The notes under the pieces were generated by a model. It was not told the DNA's origin. It was given only the letters and a program-made list of their open reading frames with translations, and did no database searches. Below are positions 1 through 8,654 of a DNA stretch of 64,000 nt, in pieces (position 1 is the stretch's first letter; every line of letters begins with the position of its first letter). The translations under genes were made by a program, and so were the position numbers. This DNA comes from Planctomycetota bacterium. Its GTDB lineage: Bacteria; Planctomycetota; UBA1135; UBA2386. The stretch lies in contig CANMWZ010000001.1 in NCBI GenBank assembly GCA_947501605.1, positions 160,001-224,000 of the forward strand, read 5' to 3'.

Positions 1-177
1 GACCGCGCACAGCAGCGGCGTCAACTGCAGCGTGCCGACGCCGCCGCGACCGCCTACCATGAGCATGGGGTGCGGCTCGCACCACAGCGCTTCGTGACCA
101 AGAAGGGCGAGATCCTGGCGCAGCCAGGCCACTTCGCGGCGGCTGCGCACTTCGACAAAGCCCGCAGGCACGCCCAT
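1..177 (-). CDS. Partial CDS (N-terminus only; runs off the window), possibly a Kdo/LPS kinase family protein
   Basis: Not in the ORF track. Minus frame from ATG at 177 is open to base 1: MGVPAGFVEVRSRREVAWLRQDLALLGHEALWCEPHPMLMVGGRGGVGTLQLTPLLCAV. The GGRGG motif followed by beta strands resembles the N-lobe of KdkA-type kinases, and the gene is divergent from an LPS glycosyltransferase. Confidence 0.4.
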   Translation of the reverse strand, partial: MGVPAGFVEVRSRREVAWLRQDLALLGHEALWCEPHPMLMVGGRGGVGTLQLTPLLCAV

Positions 178-281
178 GGCCCGTTGGCATACGTGGGTCC
201 TTCCCTCGACGCAAGCGAACGCTCGGCATCGGCGTGTACTTCGCTGTTCCACCGACCCGCTGCGCTCGCGAAGATCCGGCG

Positions 282-1364
282 ATGCCGACTGCAGCGAAAC
301 CCGCGACCACCACCGCGACGCTCGCCATGCCCCCCGCGCCGGTGGTGCCACTGCCCCGCGGCGCGCGCGTGCTCATCATCCGTCTGTCGGCGCTCGGGGA
401 TGTGCTGTTCGGACTCGAGACCGTCGCGGCACTGGCGACTGCGCGGCCCGACGTACAAATCGACTTCTTGGTCGAGGACCGGTTTGCGAGCCTCCTGCAG
501 GGCCACCCACAGCTCGCGAACGTGCACGTCTACCCGCGCCAGACCAAGTGGAAGATCCCGGCCCATCTCTTGTCCCTGCGTCGCACGAAGTACGACGCCG
601 TGCTCGACCTCCACGGCATCCTGAAGAGCGTGGTGCACGTCGTGGCCGCCCGCGCGGTCCGCAAACTCGGCTTCGATGCGCCTGGCTCTCGTGAGGGAAG
701 CGCGTGGTTCTACCGCGAAGCCGTGCCGGTGCCGACGCCACTGCCCCACCGCGCCGACCTCGGCTACCTGTTGCTCGAACGACTCGGTATCCGTGCCCCG
801 CGGACACGTCCGCAGCTGTCGGTGATCGAACCGCCGGCGCGCCTGTTCGCTGGTCTGCCGCGTCCCCTCGTGCTGCTGCATCCGGGGACCTCCGCCTTTG
901 CGGCGTTCAAGCGGTGGCCGATCGACCGCTTCGTCGAACTCGCCCGCCGACTCGCCGCGCGCGGCATCAGCATCGCTGTCAGCTACGGCCCCGGGGAGAT
1001 CGAGCTCGCAGCTCCGGTTCTCGCCGCCGTCAAGCAGGCTCGTGCCGTGGATGGTCGAGCGCTCTCGCTCCGTGGCCTCGCCGGTGCGATGCAGCACGTC
1101 GACGTCGTCGTCGCCGCCGACACTGGTCCCCTGCACATCGCCGCCGCAGTCGGCGCGCACTGCGTTGCGTTGTTCGGCCCCAAGGACTCGCTCCGTTACG
1201 GGCCGCGCGCCTTCGACCAAGTGGGCCACGAAGTGCTGTTCGCCGATGTTCCGTGCCGTCCCTGCAAGCTCCGCGACTGCGTCACGCCGCAGTGCGTGCT
1301 CGGGCTTGCCGTCGAGCGGGTCGAGGCTGCCGTACTGCGCACCCTCGCGAGGGCAGGCGCATGA
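282..1364 (+). CDS. Glycosyltransferase family 9 (LPS heptosyltransferase, WaaC/WaaF-like)
   Basis: Motifs RVLIIRLSALGDV, YDAVLDLHG, HPGTS..KRWP, DTGPLHIAAAVG, ALFGP. Start moved to ATG 282 (ORF track starts at 234). Confidence 0.9.
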   Translation: MPTAAKPATTTATLAMPPAPVVPLPRGARVLIIRLSALGDVLFGLETVAALATARPDVQIDFLVEDRFASLLQGHPQLANVHVYPRQTKWKIPAHLLSLRRTKYDAVLDLHGILKSVVHVVAARAVRKLGFDAPGSREGSAWFYREAVPVPTPLPHRADLGYLLLERLGIRAPRTRPQLSVIEPPARLFAGLPRPLVLLHPGTSAFAAFKRWPIDRFVELARRLAARGISIAVSYGPGEIELAAPVLAAVKQARAVDGRALSLRGLAGAMQHVDVVVAADTGPLHIAAAVGAHCVALFGPKDSLRYGPRAFDQVGHEVLFADVPCRPCKLRDCVTPQCVLGLAVERVEAAVLRTLARAGA

Positions 1365-1831
1365 ACTCCGTGCCGACGACCGTCATCCGGCACCCGAAGG
1401 AACGGATCAGCAAGTGTTCACTGCGCTTCCTGCACGATCGCGGCGAGATGACGTTTCTCCGCGGCAAGCCCGGTTTCCGGTTCGACGCCACAGGGTTCAC
1501 GCTGCTCGCGGTCGATGGCGAGCCGCTGTCCGAGCGCGACCGCGACCGCCCGCTGTTGCTGCTCGACTCGACGTGGCGTTGGTTGCCGCAGTTGATGGCG
1601 TGCATCAGCGGCCAACCAATTCGGCGCTCGATCCCCGGCAGAGTCGTTACCGCCTACCCGCGGGCCAGCAAGGTCTTCGACGACCCAGAACAGGGGTTGG
1701 CCTCGATCGAGGCGCTGTACCTCGCGCGCAGGATCCTCGGGGACGACGATCCGACGCTGCTGCTGGGCTACCACTGGAAGGACCAGTTTCTCGCGAGCCT
1801 GCCGCCACTGCGAACGACCGGCGACCGTTAG
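1361..1831 (+). CDS. Tsr3/DTW-like (TDD superfamily) putative SAM-dependent aminocarboxypropyltransferase
   Basis: C-terminal part of ORF 704..1831 from ATG 1361 (ATGA overlap with the GT9 stop). Motifs HPKE..KCS, LLLDSTW, RRSIP, TAYPR, LASIEAL. Confidence 0.7.
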   Translation: MNSVPTTVIRHPKERISKCSLRFLHDRGEMTFLRGKPGFRFDATGFTLLAVDGEPLSERDRDRPLLLLDSTWRWLPQLMACISGQPIRRSIPGRVVTAYPRASKVFDDPEQGLASIEALYLARRILGDDDPTLLLGYHWKDQFLASLPPLRTTGDR

Positions 1832-1843
1832 CATCCCGCGCCC

Positions 1844-2173
1844 ATGTCATCGCCGCCCAAGGACTCGCCGCCCGACAATGCGCGCGTGCGCGCCGCCATC
1901 GATCGTTACTGGCGCATGAACCGCCTCGTCGTGGTTGTGCTGCTCGTGCTTTGGGCAGCGGTGTCGTTGGGTTGTGGCGTGCTCTTCGCCGATGCGCTCA
2001 ACCAGTTCTCGATTGGCGGCTGCCCGCTCGGTTTCTGGTTCGCGCAGCAAGGTGCCATCCTCGGCTTCGTGGTGCTGATCTTCACGTATGCGGTGCTGAT
2101 GGCGCAGCTCGATCGCCGCTACCGAAGCGAACTCGCTGCCATTCAGAACGCTGACATGGAGAAGCCCTCGTGA
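1844..2173 (+). CDS. DUF4212-type small membrane subunit of a sodium:solute symporter
   Basis: YWR.N..L..W, G.PLGFWFAQQGA motif; two TM helices; GTGA overlap with the downstream symporter. Confidence 0.85.
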   Translation: MSSPPKDSPPDNARVRAAIDRYWRMNRLVVVVLLVLWAAVSLGCGVLFADALNQFSIGGCPLGFWFAQQGAILGFVVLIFTYAVLMAQLDRRYRSELAAIQNADMEKPS

Positions 2174-4002
2174 CCGTTCGCGAGTGGACGCTGCTCTTGG
2201 TGTCCTCGACCTTTGCCCTCTATCTGTGGATTGCGTGGCGGGCCCGCGTCCGGGACACGCGCGGGTTCTACGTCGCCGGCCAAGGCGTGCCGTCGATCTA
2301 CAACGGCATGGCCACCGCCGCCGACTGGATGTCGGCGGCATCGTTCCTGTCGATGGCAGGCACGATCTCGTTCCTGGGCTATGCCGGCGGCGTCTATCTG
2401 ATGGGGTGGACCGGCGGCTTCGTGCTGCTGGCATTGCTGCTCGCGCCCTACCTGCGCAAGTTCGGCCACTACACGGTGCCCGATTTCGTCGGCGACCGCT
2501 TCGAGTCGCCAATCGCGCGACTCTGTGCCGTGTTCTGCGCGCTCTTCATCAGCTTCACCTACGTCGCCGGCCAGATGCGTGGTGTCGGCATCGTGTTCGC
2601 GCGCTTCCTCGAAGTGGACGTCGACGTCGGAGTCGGGCTCGGCATGGCGATCGTGTTCGTCTACAGCACGCTCGGGGGCATGAAGGGGATCACCTGGACG
2701 CAGGTGGCGCAGTACTGGGTGTTGATCACCGCCTTCTTGGTTCCGGCCATCGCCATCAGCATTCAACTGACCGGGCACGCGATCCCGTCCGCGGGGCTGT
2801 GCGGCGATCTCCTCGAGCACGGTGTGCCGCTGCTGCAGAAGCTCGACGAGGTGCAGAAGGAACTCGGCTTTGCGTCGTACACCGAAGCCTTCCAAGGCGG
2901 CTTTGGTCGCCTCGAGGTGTTCTGCACGGCGCTCGCGCTGATGGCCGGAACCGCCGGCTTGCCGCACGTGATCGTGCGCTTCTACACGGTCAAGAACGTC
3001 GCCGCCGCGCGCTGGTCGGGCTTCTGGGCACTGTTGTTCATCGCGCTGCTCTACCTCACGGCCCCGGCAACCGCGGCCTTCGCCCGCTGGTACATGATCG
3101 ACAGTCTGCACGGCAAGACCGCGGCGCAGCTCCCGCAGTGGTTCCACAGTTGGGAGTCGACGGGCCTGATCACCTGGCTCGATGACGGCGACGGCAAGGT
3201 GGCCTACCACGGCGGCGCCCAACGAGACGACAACGAGCTGTTTCGCATCGGCTCGATCTCGCGCGCCAGTTTCACCGCGCTGCGCGATGAGCACCGCACC
3301 TGGATCGACAGTCGCGGCGCCCGTGGCACCGACTCACGCATCGAGTTGCGGTCCAAGGGTCTCGACGCGCCGGACGCCGACATCCTCGTGTTGGCGACGC
3401 CGGAGATGGCACGGCTCGCAAGTTGGATGATCGCCTTGGTCGCGGCCGGCGGCCTCGCCGCGGCACTGTCGACGGCGTCAGGGCTGCTCCTCGTGATCTC
3501 CAGCAGCGTTGCGCACGACGTCTACTACAAGCTGCTGCGGCCAGCAGCGAGCGAGGCCCAGCGGCTGCGCGTCGGACGTGCGGCGATCGGCGTCGCCGTC
3601 ATCTTGGCCGGCGTGATCGGCATCTTCCCACCCGGCTTCGTCTCACAGGTCGTCGCGTTCGCGTTCGGCCTCGCGGCCTCGAGCTTCTTCCCGGTCCTCG
3701 TCCTCGGGGTGTTCAGCAAGCGCGTCGGCACAGTGCCGGCGATGGCCGGCATGATCGTCGGCATCGGCTTCACCGCGACCTACATCCTCGGCAACCTCTA
3801 CTTCGGCATGCCGCGCTGGTGCCTGGGGCTCGGGCCACAGGGCATCGGGGCCATCGGCATGGTGCTGAACTTCGCCGTCGCCCTCGGACTCACGCCCTTC
3901 TGCGCGCCGCCGTCCGCCGAGGTCCAGCGCATGGTTGAGCGGATCCGCGAACCCGAAGACGCGGGTGCAGCACGTCTCGTCGAGACCACTCGCGAGCACT
4001 GA
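2170..4002 (+). CDS. Sodium:solute symporter (ActP-like / VC_2705 subfamily)
   Basis: NGMATAADWMSAASF, LRKFG.YTVPDF, GGMKGITWTQVAQY, GTAGLPHVIVRFYTV, AAALSTASGLLL; many TM segments. Confidence 0.92.
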   Translation: MTVREWTLLLVSSTFALYLWIAWRARVRDTRGFYVAGQGVPSIYNGMATAADWMSAASFLSMAGTISFLGYAGGVYLMGWTGGFVLLALLLAPYLRKFGHYTVPDFVGDRFESPIARLCAVFCALFISFTYVAGQMRGVGIVFARFLEVDVDVGVGLGMAIVFVYSTLGGMKGITWTQVAQYWVLITAFLVPAIAISIQLTGHAIPSAGLCGDLLEHGVPLLQKLDEVQKELGFASYTEAFQGGFGRLEVFCTALALMAGTAGLPHVIVRFYTVKNVAAARWSGFWALLFIALLYLTAPATAAFARWYMIDSLHGKTAAQLPQWFHSWESTGLITWLDDGDGKVAYHGGAQRDDNELFRIGSISRASFTALRDEHRTWIDSRGARGTDSRIELRSKGLDAPDADILVLATPEMARLASWMIALVAAGGLAAALSTASGLLLVISSSVAHDVYYKLLRPAASEAQRLRVGRAAIGVAVILAGVIGIFPPGFVSQVVAFAFGLAASSFFPVLVLGVFSKRVGTVPAMAGMIVGIGFTATYILGNLYFGMPRWCLGLGPQGIGAIGMVLNFAVALGLTPFCAPPSAEVQRMVERIREPEDAGAARLVETTREH

Positions 4003-4125
4003 CCCTGCAGTCCCGCGCCGGAAGGGCCTGAGCACTTCGCGTCCTCGACCGCGACGCGGCTCGTGCGACGCAGAGATCGGACCGGCTACCGCGCGCGCAG
4101 GCAGGATGCGCTCTTCAACAGGCTG

Positions 4126-4809
4126 CTAGACCACGTTCTTGCGCTGCCGATCCGTGATCGGCCACACGCCTTCCTGCTGCAGCCTTGCGACCAACACCTT
4201 CTGATCCGTGGCCCGCGCGAACGTCACGTCGGCCTCGGTCACACCGACGAGCAGAAGCCACTCGACCTGGCCCGACGGCAGTTCAAACGTCGGTTCGATG
4301 TGCGTCGGCGCTTCCACCAGCGCCCAGGTGACCGCGCAGTCCTTGTCGCCATCGATGGGACCGCCGAGCGGAACGCGCTGCGTCGGGGCCATTGGCTGCC
4401 CCTGCACGGCGCCAGTGGCGACCAGGAGCTGCCACGCCATCAAGTGGTGCAGCACCGGAATCGCCCAGTCAGCGCGGTCGTTGGTGCACAGCAGCAACTC
4501 GAAGCCGATGCCGGAATGGCCAGAAGGGTCGCGGCCCTCTGACTCCAGGTTCCACGGATTGCTCAGGCCTGACGTGACGTAGGCCCAGTGGGCACGGGCC
4601 CCGTGCGGTGGGCAGGCGAAGACACCATGGTGCAGCCAGCCGGGATGACGTGGCGTCTGCTTCAACCTTGCGAAGTGTGCGGCCGTCGCCGGGAACACGC
4701 CGTTGCCGAGGTCGCCGAACAGCGCGCGATAGACGCGATCCTCGCGATCCGCCCACACACCTTCGAACCACTTCTGCCATGCCTGGCCGCCGTCTGGAGC
4801 ATTGCTCAT
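4126..4809 (-). CDS. Suppressor-of-fused (SUFU)-like domain protein
   Basis: HWAYVTSGLSNPW, GIGFEL, W..LL, F.LPSG.V.WL.LVGVT.E pattern typical of bacterial SUFU domains. Confidence 0.7.
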   Translation of the reverse strand: MSNAPDGGQAWQKWFEGVWADREDRVYRALFGDLGNGVFPATAAHFARLKQTPRHPGWLHHGVFACPPHGARAHWAYVTSGLSNPWNLESEGRDPSGHSGIGFELLLCTNDRADWAIPVLHHLMAWQLLVATGAVQGQPMAPTQRVPLGGPIDGDKDCAVTWALVEAPTHIEPTFELPSGQVEWLLLVGVTEADVTFARATDQKVLVARLQQEGVWPITDRQRKNVV

Positions 4810-5052
4810 CGGTCACAGCCTCGCCGTTCGCCAGCCGCGCTGCAACAGCCCGTCGCGACCGTTGGCTGGCGGCTCGCGGGTGGCGGCCTCCGATCTAGCC
4901 CGCCGGTGCGGCCAAGCGACGGCGAGAGAGGGCAACCAACGAATTCAGCGCAAACACGGAGGCTCCCGCTCGGACGGGTGCGGGAACGCGGCTGTCGGAC
5001 TTCGAGGCCGACCGCTGGTGCTTGGCGCCGCCACTTCTACAGTCCCGCGCCG

Positions 5053-5742
5053 ATGAACAAGAAGGCAAGAGCGGAGCGCATTGCCTCGATCCTCGACGAG
5101 CACTTTCCGCACCCGCCGGTGCCCCTGCAGCACGAGGACCCGTTCACGTTGCTGATCGCCGTGCTGCTGTCGGCGCAGTGCACGGACGCACGCGTGAACC
5201 AAGTCACACCGGCCCTGTTCGCGTTGGCGCGCACGCCCGAGGCCATGCGGCACCTACCGATCGAGACTATTCGCGGCATCGTGCGCCCGTGCGGTCTGTC
5301 GCCGCAGAAATCGACGGCGATCTCAGGCCTCAGTGCCATCCTCGTGCGCGAGCACGGGGGCCTGGTGCCCAACGACCTCGACGCTCTGGAGCGACTTCCT
5401 GGTGTCGGCCACAAGACGGCGAGCGTCGTATTGGCGCAGGCATTCGGTGTCCCGACGTTTCCGATCGACACCCACATCCACCGACTCGCATGGCGCTGGG
5501 GGCTGTCGTCAGGGCACAGCGTCGAACGGACGGAACGCGACCTGCGGCGCACGTTTGGCAAGCAGCACTGGAACAAGCTGCACCTGCAGATCATCCACTT
5601 CGGCCGCGCCTATTGCCCGGCGATCCAACATGTGGTGACGTCGTGCCCGATCTGCTCCTTTGCGATGAGTGCTTCGCGGCAACAGCAGGAAACCAAGCGA
5701 CGCGCCGCCGCGCGCGGCCGACGTGGCGGCCGCAGCCGCTAG
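5053..5742 (+). CDS. nth: Endonuclease III (HhH-GPD DNA glycosylase)
   Basis: PFTLLIAVLLSAQCTD..VN, LPGVGHKTA, PIDTHIHR. Start at ATG 5053 within ORF 4588..5742. Confidence 0.92.
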   Translation: MNKKARAERIASILDEHFPHPPVPLQHEDPFTLLIAVLLSAQCTDARVNQVTPALFALARTPEAMRHLPIETIRGIVRPCGLSPQKSTAISGLSAILVREHGGLVPNDLDALERLPGVGHKTASVVLAQAFGVPTFPIDTHIHRLAWRWGLSSGHSVERTERDLRRTFGKQHWNKLHLQIIHFGRAYCPAIQHVVTSCPICSFAMSASRQQQETKRRAAARGRRGGRSR

Positions 5743-5835
5743 GGCGTGGGCAAACCACTGCTAGGGCATCGACGAGCCCCGTCGAGCCAAGGTCCGTTGC
5801 GCGACTCGCGGGCAGCGGGCGCCGCACCCGCCACG

Positions 5836-8391
5836 TCAGTCCTCGGAACTCCGCGGCGCGCGCGACGCCCGAGCCGGTGCGGGGGCCAGCGCCTTCTGCG
5901 GCCGGATCGCCGGCGTCGCTGGGACTTTCTTCGCGGCCCCGAACACGATCGGGAAGACGTCGTCGAAGGTGCTCGCGTAGTGGAACGTGAGTCCGGCGAC
6001 GAGGTCCGACTTGAGTTCGAGCACCTCGGCCTCGTTGCCCTTGGGCAGCAACACGCGCTTCAGGCCGAAATTCTTCGCGGCCAGCACCTTCTCGCGGACA
6101 CCGCCGATCGGCAGCACTTCACCGACCACCGTGAGTTCGCCAGTCATCGCCAGATCCATGGCAGCCACGCGCCCGGTCACAAACCCGAGGAGCCCACACG
6201 CGATGGTGATTCCCGCCGACGGACCATCCTTCGGGATCGCACCGGCCGGGAAGTGCAGATGCAGGTCGGTCTCGCAGAGCTTTGGCAGATCCACGCCAAA
6301 TGCCTCGGCATGACTCTTCAGGTAGCTGAGCGCAAGGCGCGCAGACTCCGACATCACGTCGCCGAGACTGCCGGTGATCTGCAACCCGCCCTTACCCTTG
6401 CTGCCGGTGACTTCGACATAGAGCACGTCACCGCCGACGGGAGTCCAGGCGAGACCCTGGACGACGCCCGGAATGCGCTGGCGGCGCCGTTCATCGGGCT
6501 TGTACTTCGGTCGTCCGAGGAACGTCTCCATCTCTTGCTTGGTGAGGCGCGCCGGACCACTGCCACCCTTGGCGACGGCGAGTGCAGTCTTGCGGCATAG
6601 TCGCTGGATCACGCGATCGAGCCCGCGCACACCAGCTTCGCGCGTGTGCTGCGCAATCATGCGCTTCATCACCTCAGGCGGGATGGAGAGGTGCTTCTTC
6701 AGCAAGCCGTGGCGCTCGAGTTGCTTTGGCAGCAAGTGGCGCAAGCCGATCTGCACCTTCTCCTCCAGGAGATAGCCCGGGATCTCGAGCACTTCCATGC
6801 GATCGCGCAGCGGTTCCGGGATCTGCGACAGCACGTTCGCAGTGGCCAAGAACATGACCTTCGACAAGTCGAACGACACATCGAGGTAGTGGTCGGAAAA
6901 GCCGTGGTTCTGCTCGGGGTCGAGGACTTCGAGCAACGCGGAACTAGGGTCGCCGCGGAAGTCACTGCCGAGCTTGTCGACTTCGTCGAGCAGCAACACC
7001 GGGTTGTTGGAGCCGCACGCCTTGAGTCCTTGCAGGATTCGGCCTGGCATCGCGCCGACGTACGTGCGGCGGTGTCCCCTGATCTCGGCCTCGTCACGCA
7101 TCCCACCCAGAGAGAAGCGCCAGAACTTGCGTCCCATCGCCCGTGCGATGCTGCGGCCGAGGCTGGTCTTGCCGACGCCGGGAGGCCCCGAGAGGCACAG
7201 AATCGAGCCCTGGTGCCCTGGCTTCAGCTTGCGAACGGCGAGGAACTCGAGGATGCGGTCTTTGACCTCGTCGAGACCATAGTGGTCGTCGGTCAGCACC
7301 TGTGCGGCACGGCCGAGATCGGAATCATCGACCGTGCTCTTCGACCAGGGCAGGGTGGCGATCCAGTCGAGGTAGTTGCGGATCACTCCGTACTCGGCGG
7401 ATTCCATCGGCGTGGTCTTCAGCCGCAGCAATTCGTCGTCGGCACGTTTTTGCGCCAGCTCCGGCAGCTTGGCGGCCGCAATCGCGTCCTCGATGCGTTG
7501 CAGCTCACTACTGCGCGGGTCCTTCTCATCGCCCAGTTCGCGCCGGATCAGCTTGAGCTGCTCGCGCAGGAAGTAGTCCTTCTGCGCCTTCTCGGCCTTG
7601 CTCCGAATCTCTCCCTGCAGCTTGCGGTCGAGTTCGGCGAGATCCACCTCGGACATCACCAGTTCGAGCACGAGCTGCAATCGTTGCTCGACATCAGCGG
7701 TCGCCAGTACTCGTTGCCGGTCTTCGACACGACGCACGACACCGCCGGCAAAGTCGGCGAGCTGCGCTGGCTCCTCGACATTCAGCAGGGTCGCCGTGAA
7801 GCCCGGGTCCATCTGCTCCTGCATGTCCGCGAGCTTGCGGAGATTCTGTTGGAGCAGACGGACGAGGGACTCGGCTTTCGGCCCCTGGGCCGGGATCTCG
7901 ACGATCTCCTTCACGCGGACGACGAGGTGCGGCTTCTGACGAACGACCTTTTGCCGACGCGCGCGACGCAGCCCCTGCGTCATCGCCGACATGCTGCCGT
8001 CGGGCAACCGGAGCGTCTTGAGGATGCGCGCCACGACGCCTTCTTCGTGGAGATCGTCGATACCGGGCGACTCCTGGTCCCCGTTCTTCTGCAGCACCAC
8101 GAACAAGTGGCCGTTGTGCGCCTCGGCCTTGGCGACGATGTCGCGAGTCTGCTCGGAGTCGAGCAGCAGCGGCATCATCAACGCCGGGAAGGGCACGGCG
8201 CGGCGCAGGGGGAACGCGAAAAGCGTGTCCGGCACCTGCTGCTGCACCACGACCTTTCCTTGGTCCGGTGGCGGAGTTTCTACGACGATGCTCGGGCCGC
8301 CGGTATCGGCGTCAGGAGCCTTGAGCGGATCCTCTGGATCTGCGTCCTTGCGCATGCGACGGTTAGTAAACCACGACGCAAGGCTACGCAC
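5836..8391 (-). CDS. lon: ATP-dependent Lon protease
   Basis: Walker A GPPGVGKTS, IRGHRRTYVGAMPG, LLDEVDK, catalytic PKDGPSAG and PIGGVREK. Alternative start at ATG 8355. Confidence 0.97.
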   Translation of the reverse strand: MRSLASWFTNRRMRKDADPEDPLKAPDADTGGPSIVVETPPPDQGKVVVQQQVPDTLFAFPLRRAVPFPALMMPLLLDSEQTRDIVAKAEAHNGHLFVVLQKNGDQESPGIDDLHEEGVVARILKTLRLPDGSMSAMTQGLRRARRQKVVRQKPHLVVRVKEIVEIPAQGPKAESLVRLLQQNLRKLADMQEQMDPGFTATLLNVEEPAQLADFAGGVVRRVEDRQRVLATADVEQRLQLVLELVMSEVDLAELDRKLQGEIRSKAEKAQKDYFLREQLKLIRRELGDEKDPRSSELQRIEDAIAAAKLPELAQKRADDELLRLKTTPMESAEYGVIRNYLDWIATLPWSKSTVDDSDLGRAAQVLTDDHYGLDEVKDRILEFLAVRKLKPGHQGSILCLSGPPGVGKTSLGRSIARAMGRKFWRFSLGGMRDEAEIRGHRRTYVGAMPGRILQGLKACGSNNPVLLLDEVDKLGSDFRGDPSSALLEVLDPEQNHGFSDHYLDVSFDLSKVMFLATANVLSQIPEPLRDRMEVLEIPGYLLEEKVQIGLRHLLPKQLERHGLLKKHLSIPPEVMKRMIAQHTREAGVRGLDRVIQRLCRKTALAVAKGGSGPARLTKQEMETFLGRPKYKPDERRRQRIPGVVQGLAWTPVGGDVLYVEVTGSKGKGGLQITGSLGDVMSESARLALSYLKSHAEAFGVDLPKLCETDLHLHFPAGAIPKDGPSAGITIACGLLGFVTGRVAAMDLAMTGELTVVGEVLPIGGVREKVLAAKNFGLKRVLLPKGNEAEVLELKSDLVAGLTFHYASTFDDVFPIVFGAAKKVPATPAIRPQKALAPAPARASRAPRSSED

Positions 8392-8654
8392 GCGTCTCCG
8401 TCCACGAGGATCGTGGAACGGCCTGAGAAAAGACGTAGGGGACGACGCCGCGCCTGCCCGACAACGACGTCATCCCCTACGGAAAGAAGGTGCGGGTGCG
8501 AGGCCCCGCGCAACACACGCGGGTTGTTTCTGCAGCCAGTTCCTGCCTGCCCCAATGTCTGAGGGAACGGCTGCAGTATTCGGTGCCACGCACCCGTGCA
8601 GCGAACGCCACCTTGCGGTTGCGGCCGTTGCAAGTTCGGTTGAGAGAGAGCAAC

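Noticed and set aside
704..1360. N-terminal part of the 375-aa ORF
   Set aside because: Out-of-frame overlap with the GT9 gene; the credible start is ATG 1361.
6646..8562. 638-aa plus-strand ORF, and similar long ORFs such as 11127..12695, 17132..19048, 41728..43269 and 43448..44779
   Set aside because: Antisense shadows of well-supported genes; expected in high-GC DNA; no recognisable motifs.
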